A stretch of 50,505 nucleotides of DNA, filler included, from Bipalium vagum (taxonomy: Eukaryota): NCBI GenBank assembly GCA_037834085.1. It is 3 parts of 3 records of this genome, joined end to end, with 100 filler letters (N's around TTAATTAATTAA, not from the genome) between each part and the next. Parts side by side here need not be neighbours in the genome. Positions count along the whole stretch, not along the records: positions 33,341 to 50,505 come from JBBMKC010076257.1; 2 more parts are not named here. One strand, 5' to 3'. Positions 43,001 to 50,505 of this stretch are shown here, one piece after another; position 1 is the stretch's first letter; each line of letters begins with the position of its first letter. The notes beneath the pieces are model-generated. The model saw nothing but the letters and a program-made list of their open reading frames with translations, was not told where the DNA came from and did no database searches. The position numbers and the translations under genes are program-made.

Positions 43001-46000
43001 ATACAATGTCGTCAAAATTGTTGGTGGAGGAAGACTGGATCTGCAATCAACCAGATGCAATTCAGACACAAGATCAATGTCAAATTCGAGCAATGGAAAT
43101 TTCACAAAGATGTTGGAAAACCATCATTGAACTTTTCCGACCTCCACGAAATTGAAGATAAAAATTTCAATGTCTATTAAAATCAATGACTGTCTGATGA
43201 TGCAGATGAAGATCTTGATGACTGCGATGACGATCTGGTCTAAAATGAAGATTAAAGAAAGCCGTAATATGCGTGCATTTATGTATATATGATAAAGTAT
43301 ATATATATAAAGGAAATAAATAATTAGAAAAGATTGCTAATTCATCAAGACTGATGTCGTAATATTAAGTGTACTGCAAAATTTTTGATTCTAAATTTGA
43401 TGTTCTAAGTAATCTAAGAACTTCAACTTTTTTCGTTTAGTTTAGATGGTTTAGAATTTCACTCTTTAAAAGATATCGAAAATTAATTGGAAGAGTACAG
43501 AAAAAACTGACTATACCCTTTTTGGTGATGATAGATCACCAATCTTATTGGTACATAAACTGTTTTATTAGTTTATATTTTTGTTTGAAAATCTTCTTTT
43601 AACTTTCTTCTTAAATTTATTAATTAGTTTCTGTGCAGGACAATGTAACATTATTAAAAAAATAATTAGTGATAATTATTTCTTATTTAGATTTGAATTA
43701 GACAAATAAATGCAAAAAAATATTATTAGGATTTGTCGGTTTGGATAAAATCAATCTGAAATATGCTAATAATGTCTATTTCAAAATGATGATGAAGAAA
43801 AAACATTATAATGAAACATCAATATAGTAATATAAAAATTTTATTTATTAGTCGTCTTTCGTTAAGAAGTCGTCTTTTCGTTATATATAAAAATCAATAT
43901 AATGTTTTACACGATGTACACAGATTCATTATAATGATTTCTGACAAATCTGTTTAGGAAATAAATCAATAAGACAGACTTTTGAGGATGATGAAGATGA
44001 TGACGAGGTAGATGGGGCAGCAGATGGAACCGAAGGACCTGAGCAAGGTGGATCGAAACGAAAAAAGGGGAAAAGAAAAGGGAAAAGTGGCAAGCGAAAA
44101 TTAAGACATACTTATTCTAATAAAGTTCAAGACTATCAAGTAATTTTTTGAATTAAATAATAAAGATTTTATTGAAATTCTAATTAAAATATTTTGATTG
44201 TTAAAGACTAAACAACTAAAAGGAAGTAGCCTTACTACTGAAAAAAACTGTCATTTTATAGTACGTCTTTATTAAAAGAAAAAACTATCTTTAAAGCTTT
44301 TCTTTCCCGGTTTGAGCTATCTCTGTTTCACAACATTCTCTCCATAAACACCATTAATTCTTTTTGCTGATTCTGCTACTTTAAAGCCAAGTTTGAAGGT
44401 CAAGTTTGTAAAAGTAATGATATTTGATACCATCTTATTCTAAATAAACAACAAACACTGACGGTATTTGTTTAATTTCTTTTGAATTCAAAACTATATT
44501 ACTATTTATATCAGTGAATAGATTTAAATAATTCTGCACTACTTATCTCTACACCTAGTATCAAAATAGAATCTGTTTTGAATTTATTTAGTTTACTTGA
44601 ATATATGTATTAATTAATACTTACTTAAATATAGAACTTTATTATTTTATTCGAATATTTAATAATGTATATATAGATCTTTGAGAAATATAAATTAAAA
44701 AACAGGTTTTTCAGTGTTTCTTTCACACTGGTCTTCGATTTCTGCAAATCTCTTAAATCGCGTTTTAAGGCTGTCTAAGAATTTTTTGTAAAATATTTTA
44801 AGAAAAATTCCATAGGACTTGAAATGATTCCAATATATGATAACTTTAAACGCATAATTGTAACAAAGGGTCATGTTTTGTAAAAAAAATTGCTTTTTCT
44901 TTATTTTCACTATCAATTGACTCGAAATATATTTCAGAACATGTATTATCAACATGATTTTACCATTTCTTGAAACTTTGAAAAAATTTCTGTTTGTTTA
45001 TTAAAATTTATTTTTAAAATATTTATAATGAGCTTTAAATATTTTCAACGTTTAAAACTTTAGTTCTTATAACTTACCTTTACATCATTCATGAAATTAA
45101 AATTGAATTAAAAGATAAATGAAAGCTGATGTCAATATGAATTTAATTTACTTTTAATCTTCACTAACAAATTCGATGTATTCATCTTTCTTGAGGTCAG
45201 TGTCTTGACGAAAACGATTTTGAAAAATAATATGAAATCCAAGTTCAAAGATTGTTTCGAATCTCACTAACATAGATTAAATGAGCTGACATAAAGTTAT
45301 AAAAAAATATAATTAAAATGCATTTTTCTTAAATAAAGAGGAAACTATTAGAATTTTAAAAGAATTTTGATTTGTGTGAATAATAATTTTTCAGAGAAGT
45401 TGTACTGTTTTTAGAAAATTATTGTTCTATTATTCTAAGTGTTTCTAATATTCTCAGGTCAGAATCAAAGTACTTGAGGCTCGACAACTTCAAGGAGCAA
45501 ATATATCACCGATCACTAAAGTTCAATGTTGGAATCAAACCAAACAGACTCGAGTAAAAAATTCTACGAATTCTCCATTCTGGGGAGATACTTTTTTCTT
45601 CAACTTTCATGCATCACCTGCCGATCTGTTTGATGAACTGATCATCTTTTCCGTATACAATTCTCGTCGATTAAGAGGAGATGCCATGATTGGATCATTC
45701 AAATTTGATCTAGGAATGATATATGAAGAGGAGCAGCATTGTTTTCTAAACAAGTGGTTACTACTATACGACCACGAAGACCCTATGGCAGGAGGTAAAG
45801 GGTATTTAAAATTTTCAGCTGCTATTCTCGGACATGGGGATGAAGCGCCAGTGAGTTTATTATATTATTAATAATAATTCAATAGTTATGGTTTTATTAT
45901 AATTTTCCAGAGTTTTGCAGTAGCTGCTGATGAAGAAGATGACATAGAATCGTAAGTAAATTGAAATGTGTTAATTTATTACATAAAGCTATAAAAATAA

Positions 46001-49000
46001 AATCATAGAATTTCTTGATAAAATGTTATAATGTTAATAAATATATTAATCTTTATTTTTAAACTGTTCAAAGGTTTGTACAGACGAATTAATCTTTTGT
46101 TAGATGATTTTTCTAAGGAACCAAAATTTACAGATAAAACATTGAAATAAATATTAAAAATTAATTCGAAATTTTTTTATTTTTATATGATATTATTATT
46201 TATTTTTAAATAAGTTATTAGATAATTTATTGTTTAAGTAATGTAATATTATTTAGTTGTGAAATATCAGATAATCCTATAGAGCACTCATTGAAATAAA
46301 ATACGATTTTTTACACAAGAAAAAGAATTATTTCTCGAAATGGTCGTACGGAAAATTTTTATGATTCAATTATCAGGCTTTAATAATCAACCACTCTCTT
46401 CTATTATATTTGTACTTTGATTTTGTGATCATAATCTTTTATTAGCTTTAGTCAACGATTGGGATTTTTCTAATAATTTTTTTATTAATATCAAGTTTTC
46501 AGTAGATATTATAATATTATATTTTTCTATTATAATTTGAAACCAATAGTTGGTAGAAAATTACTCTTTATTATTTTGAAAAAATATTACATTTTAATTA
46601 AGAATATTTCTAATCGTTTAATGCAATACCTAAATTTCAAACAACTTATGGATATCTAAAAAAATTCTTAGGAAATTTATCCATTCAGCGATTTTTAGAT
46701 GTCTTCAAAATCATGAAAGTGTTTTTCAGAGTCGTTCAGAGTATTCAGATGTATCCATATCTAGAGAATATAACGATGAGATAATTCTTCCTATACAATA
46801 GCTTCCAACGATTCCTTGACAGACTTAGCCACATGTATTCCAGCATTGTCATTCAAAAAATCACTTTACTGTGCTATCAATCCATTCTGACAGCTTTTGT
46901 TTCAGTAATATATTCAGTCTCAGTAATTGCTGTTTATGATATACGGTTATCTCTTCTATTCATATGTATCCATCCTAAATTGATTTTTCATCGCCTGTAA
47001 TTATACCATGCAAAAACGAATTTCTTTGTTGTCTTTTTAATAGGATTTCAAAAACTGTTCTATGTTTCTCCATCATTCTCTCATTCAATTCGTGTGAAAT
47101 CTATTTTTCTTTGACTTGATTTTTTCCAATTTTATTTAGATGATTACAAATAGCATGTTGAGAACCGTTTAACTGTTCGACTAGTTGTTTTTGTGTTTTA
47201 TTATTATCTTCTGTCAAGGTGACTTCCAATTCTGAGTCTTCAAATTTTTTCGGTTTCACTTTGTGTTTTTTATCATAATTTCTTTATGTCAAAATCACCT
47301 TTACTAATTCGGTTTTATCGTCGTTCAAAGGTGTCTCAAGAAGAAGTAAGGTCAGATGGCTTTCTGCTAGATTTTTCTTTAAATTAAATAATAAAACCAT
47401 GGAATGGCGCAAATGATCTTTTGCTGTCTCAAATAGTGCCATGTTTAATTACTAAAAATATGAAATTGTAAGTTTAATAAATGGTTTGTTGTTAATGTAA
47501 AAACCTTAAATATCAAATTTTTAAAAATAAATTAAATTAAATTAATAAAATAAACCGAGTTTTGACATAACTGTAAAACAAAGAAATCCACAGAATTAAC
47601 TTTTACATATAATAATATTCGATATAATAATAAAATGCACAAGCCATGATTAATATTTCTCGTAAATTAATCATTTAATTAACTTTTTAAAATCAATTTA
47701 GCCAATCTTCTGTGTTTATTTTTTTAAAATTTATATAGATTTTTATGAAATAAATAAAAGTTTTTATCTTTAAGACATTGTTCTAATTTCAAACAATTTC
47801 AGAAATCTTTTACGCCCAGCCGGAGTTCAGTTACGTCCAGCAACTTTTACGTTACGAGTTTACAGAGCTGAGGATCTTCCAAGAAGTTTGTCTGTTTTTC
47901 TTTAGTTAAACTTTCAAACAATTATTTTCAAAAGATATCTTTTTTCGCATAATATAATAATAATTCTATTGAAAGAATTTTCCTTTTTAGTAAATTATTA
48001 TTTTGAATTAATAAGTCAGTATTTATTCATTCGCTCTTTTTTATTGCCAAAAAACAGAGGTGAGATTCCACTTAAAAGGATTTTTACTTTTGACGAGAAA
48101 TGGATATATTTTGACACACTTAAAAATATCGTGGATTACTTTACTTTGTAACTGAAAGGGATATTATGATATTTTTAGGGGGTCTTCCAGTTATGATATT
48201 TTATGGAACGATATCATGAAAAGCTTTTATCAGATTAGCCAACGAAATTAATGATTATAATAATATTGATCATTAATAATCACATTAATAATATTTATAT
48301 AATTAATAATCACCTAATAATAATTTGAAATGGAAATTTATAGAATATATCTTTATTTCATGTCTTCTCTTTGATTCTTGACCATAACCAGTACCAAAAC
48401 AGCATTTGATTATATTTATAGAATAGACGCTGAAGCAACACCAAATATCAGGATTAAGATATAATAATAAATTATTAAGAACTTTCGAAAAGGACACTTT
48501 GATTTTGTGAAAAGACCAAGAATTAGAAAATCTTACCCTTTCGTCAATTTCAAATTTCAAGCATAGAAGGGTAAGAATGTGACTATAACAGTTTTAAGAA
48601 TGGCAAAATTTCTGGGACTAGACATGTCCAGTATTTCTAGACTCCTGAAAGTTAATTAAGAAAATCGTCTTAATAATATAAAGAAGTTAATAAATAAATG
48701 CCAGTCAACCGACACAGACAAAAAAACAGATCGACTATTGATTGCAATTTCACAGCTTTAGTGATTCTATCTGAAACGCTTTCTGAGGATCATTTTCAAG
48801 GAGGTTTTATTTACCAAAGCAACTTTGCAACAATTGAAATGAAAAATTTATAAAATCCCTCCTCATTACCAATTCAAAAACAAAGATGAAGCACATTGAT
48901 TTTTTCTTTGACCAAAGATCAAATTGTATTTCTTTGCTTTTAAACTACCAAACGGCTAGATTCAAATATAAATTATTTTATCCAGAAATTTGGATTTTAG

Positions 49001-49599
49001 TTTCTATTTTATGAATTTTAATAATATTAGAACAATCGAGAATTTTCTCAAACTTAATATTATTATTAAATTAAATATGTCAAGGAGAAATATCACTCTT
49101 TATCTTTATATTTTAGCCCAGTTGGACAAGTCGGTTTATATTTCTCATAGATATATAATAGTTCATAACATTTATTATTTTATACTTTCCTTTTCAATGA
49201 GACTTGTTTATTTTATTTAATTAAAATTGTTTTTGAATGTTTTTCCTTTGATATATAGAGAAAAATATACAATGCTTCAATTAATCTTTAAATTCTCCTT
49301 ACTTTTTCGCTTTACTTATTATTTGAACAAAAGGACAGTTAAAAATTATTTAACTTTTTTCATTTGAAAAATATTATTTCCAACATTAAAATGTAACAAT
49401 TTATTTTAAAATTTTAATTCTTTTATTTAATAAAAAAACGATTTCTCATGAAAAATTTCTTTGTAGTGGATTCTGATGTTTTGGAAGGAATTAAAAAAGT
49501 ATTTACAAATGACACTGCAAAGAAAGAGCTTGTGGATCCATATATGGTCTTTCAATTTGCGGGAAAAGAGGTTCTCTTTTTTTTAAATAAGAATTTACC

Positions 49600-49637
<38 letters not shown>

Positions 49638-50398
49638 GTATTTTATTTATAATAATATTTTTATTATTTGTTTTGATTATCATTTAAAATGGTAAATTTT
49701 AATATTATTTTTATAATTTATTAATTCGGATAATTAATTGTTTTAAAAATTTTATATTTAAATATTATAAATACAATTCATTAAAAGATGTAAATTATAA
49801 TTAAGATGTATATATTATAATTTGTAAAGCACTCAAATCTCAAATCTGTTAAATTAATATAATGAAAAAAGAAACATTTTAAAAGTTTATGATTAGATAA
49901 TAAAACATTAAAATATCAACGTAACACGAATTTTCAATAACAAATAAATAATTGTCACTGAAAACACGACGATTTGTTCCTTGTTACTTTTCATGCTTCC
50001 AATAAAAATGTATTAATTGTTACTTTCGAACTGGACCTGGTCTAAATATATTTTTGTCAAAATTATCATATTAAAAAGAATTTTCTCTACTTCCTTAGTT
50101 TTTTTTCGTCTAAGATAATTTTTAGTTGATTTTTACTTGAAATGAACACAAAGTGAGAGAATGCAGGCTGTGGTTTCAAAGGAGTCAAAATGAAGGATTA
50201 CATAACTTCAACATTAACTTTAGTTTAATTCTGGTAATATTTTTCTTCTTTGGCTTTCCAATGTTACTATTTGATTTTAACTTTTATTCCTTTCTTTTCG
50301 CTTGAAAATAAGTCTTTTTTTTCATTTAGATCAAAACTTCAACTAAATACAATAATGATCATCCGGAATGGAACGAAGAATTGAAAATTGGATTACAA
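36115..50398 (+). CDS. Ferlin family protein (myoferlin/dysferlin-like), partial: end of C2A, linker, C2B, FerI, start of C2C; continues beyond the window; first exons not located
   Basis: Phase-compatible GT-AG exons: 36115-36217 (LLGQAEIPLKDL..APLVDANNRP), 39963-40020 (AIITLKMVYHGP), 41156-41191 (optional, phase 1-1), 43958-44139 (..YSNKVQDYQ), 45458-45850 (VRIKVLEARQLQGANISP..NSPFWGDTFFFNF..DAMIGSFKFDLG..KWLLL..GKGYLKFSAAILGHGDEAP), 45911-45951 (DEEDDIES), 47803-47885 (NLLRPAGVQLRPATFTLRVYRAEDLPR), 49467-49570 (MDSD..KKELVDPYMVFQFAGKE), 50330-50398 (IKTSTKYNNDHPEWNEEL). DDIESNLL.P.GV and YRAEDLP.MD are ferlin FerI/C2C hallmarks. Confidence 0.93.
37270..37860 (-). mobile_element. Decayed Tc1-like fragment in a ferlin intron
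   Basis: The minus strand at about 37660-37770 reads DASVMIWCGI..VVIDGTLNAARYLKEI, similar to Tc1 GGSVMVWGGI..IDGTLNA.RY..EI. Boundaries are approximate. Confidence 0.55.
40058..40097. repeat. (ATT)n microsatellite
   Basis: ATT run just downstream of ferlin exon 39963-40020. Confidence 0.9.
41840..42110 (-). mobile_element. 5' fragment of a Tc1/mariner-superfamily element (TIR plus start of transposase)
   Basis: A TIR-like end (TA-CAGAGGTAGACATAAAAGTTTTGCGAC) at about 42083-42110, then an ATG at about 41962 giving MESQRPAVVELYRGGKSTSEISKVLNIKKSGRGFVYRTI (paired-type HTH). Confidence 0.65.
42402..42455 (+). pseudogene. tRNA-Ala-like relic, copy 1 (T-arm absent)
   Basis: gtagcttagtgctcagagc-agttcatgcgcatgtgaaaggt-atctcc aligns by eye with tRNA-Ala GTAGCTCAGTGGTAGAGC..TTCGCATG.GA.AGGT[T-arm]CATCTCC. 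It has an A-box-like segment but no B-box. Confidence 0.5.
42621..42666 (+). pseudogene. tRNA-Ala-like relic, copy 2 (5' half only)
   Basis: ggggaatgtagctcagttgt resembles the tRNA-Ala 5' end GGGGATGTAGCTCAGTGGT. It shares the exact 14-mer cagttcatgcgcat with copy 1, 220 bp upstream. Confidence 0.55.
42690..43245 (+). mobile_element. Non-LTR retrotransposon fragment, post-RT thumb/linker region (RLE-type, NeSL/Utopia/R2-like)
   Basis: Translation IKPSIRRLLKNIIGLGSHSSIK*IYKPKCFDGADIIFVVGEYLDQSI, a frameshift, then VFQLFNSPHKIIRDTAISSLIGAALNLG..AFEWFN..CRQNCWWRKTGSAI.. (about 105 open codons without an early start codon). Resembles the 'IY.P...GG.G' and 'F.LL.S.D..IR..A' motifs that follow the RT domain. 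Confidence 0.6.
44290..44560 (-). mobile_element. Mariner 5' fragment (TIR plus N-terminal HTH)
   Basis: TIR-like tgcactacttatctctacacctagta at about 44535-44560; the minus strand reads FKLGFKVAESAKRINGVYGENVV. Confidence 0.65.
44695..44955 (-). mobile_element. Possible mariner C-terminal fragment
   Basis: ORF 44695-44955 ends ..FLDSLKTRFKRFAEIEDQCERN, loosely like mariner LK..LKG.RF..IE.I..N. Confidence 0.35.
46547..47615 (-). mobile_element. Decayed Mos1-like mariner in a ferlin intron
   Basis: An ATG at 47442 gives MALFETAKDHLRHSMVLLFNLKKNLAESH, followed by PKKFEDSELEVTLTEDNNKTQKQLVEQLNGSQHAICNHLNKIGK, ISHELNE, LHGIITGDEK and NDNAGIHVAK. TIR-like ends at about 46547 and 47590-47615. Confidence 0.88.
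48030..48960 (+). mobile_element. Two adjacent, heavily decayed mariner fragments
   Basis: LKRIFTFDEKWIYFD at about 48070-48115, and separately FRKGHFDFVKRPR ... MAKFLGLDMSSISRLLK at about 48480-48650. Confidence 0.6.
49603..49637. repeat. (ATT)n microsatellite
   Basis: ATT run just downstream of ferlin exon 49467-49570; it produces the spurious poly-Ile in ORF 49448-49687. Confidence 0.9.
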
Positions 50399-50433
50399 GT
50401 ATTAATTGTTATTATATAGAGGAACTATTATGA

Positions 50434-50505
<72 letters not shown>
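50434..50505. repeat. (AAT)n microsatellite
   Basis: Perfect AAT run to the window end, just after ferlin exon 50330-50398. Confidence 0.95.

Noticed and set aside
42942-43130. Track ORF of 62 aa
   Set aside because: Wrong frame; the meaningful frame is the overlapping retrotransposon-like one (VFQLFNSPHKIIRDTA...).
43446-43550. Possible additional ferlin exon (tttAG...TTG|GTACAT)
   Set aside because: The only fully open frame is phase 2-2, which is incompatible with the flanking phase-1 junctions.

Overview
Eukaryotic (animal) genomic scaffold. It is very AT-rich, with GT-AG introns (shortest about 45-60 nt), abundant (AAT/ATT)n microsatellites and three assembly gaps. This style resembles free-living flatworm assemblies, but the taxon is only an inference. 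Four spliced protein-coding genes were reconstructed by hand: (1) the last exon of an NK2.1/scarecrow/ceh-24-type homeobox gene (+, 488-1159); (2) a complete 14-exon NDUFS1 gene, complex I 75 kDa subunit (-, 10073-15656); (3) a complete 7-exon SLC25A33/36-type (Rim2-like) mitochondrial pyrimidine-nucleotide carrier (-, 19009-32314); (4) the 5' part of a ferlin, myoferlin/dysferlin-like, C2A-C2B-FerI-C2C (+, from 36115 or earlier to beyond the window end). Introns and intergenic DNA hold many decayed transposons: mariners, Tc1/IS630-types, a TTAA-flanked piggyBac-type MITE, a Chapaev-like fossil and two non-LTR retrotransposon fragments. The most interesting unexplained signals are two tRNA-Ala-like relics directly upstream of an RLE-type retrotransposon fragment, two candidate orphan spliced genes between NK2.1 and NDUFS1, a ferlin exon that may be either a cassette or an alternative first exon, and a sharp codon-GC contrast between neighbouring genes. 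No new biological system can be established from the sequence alone.
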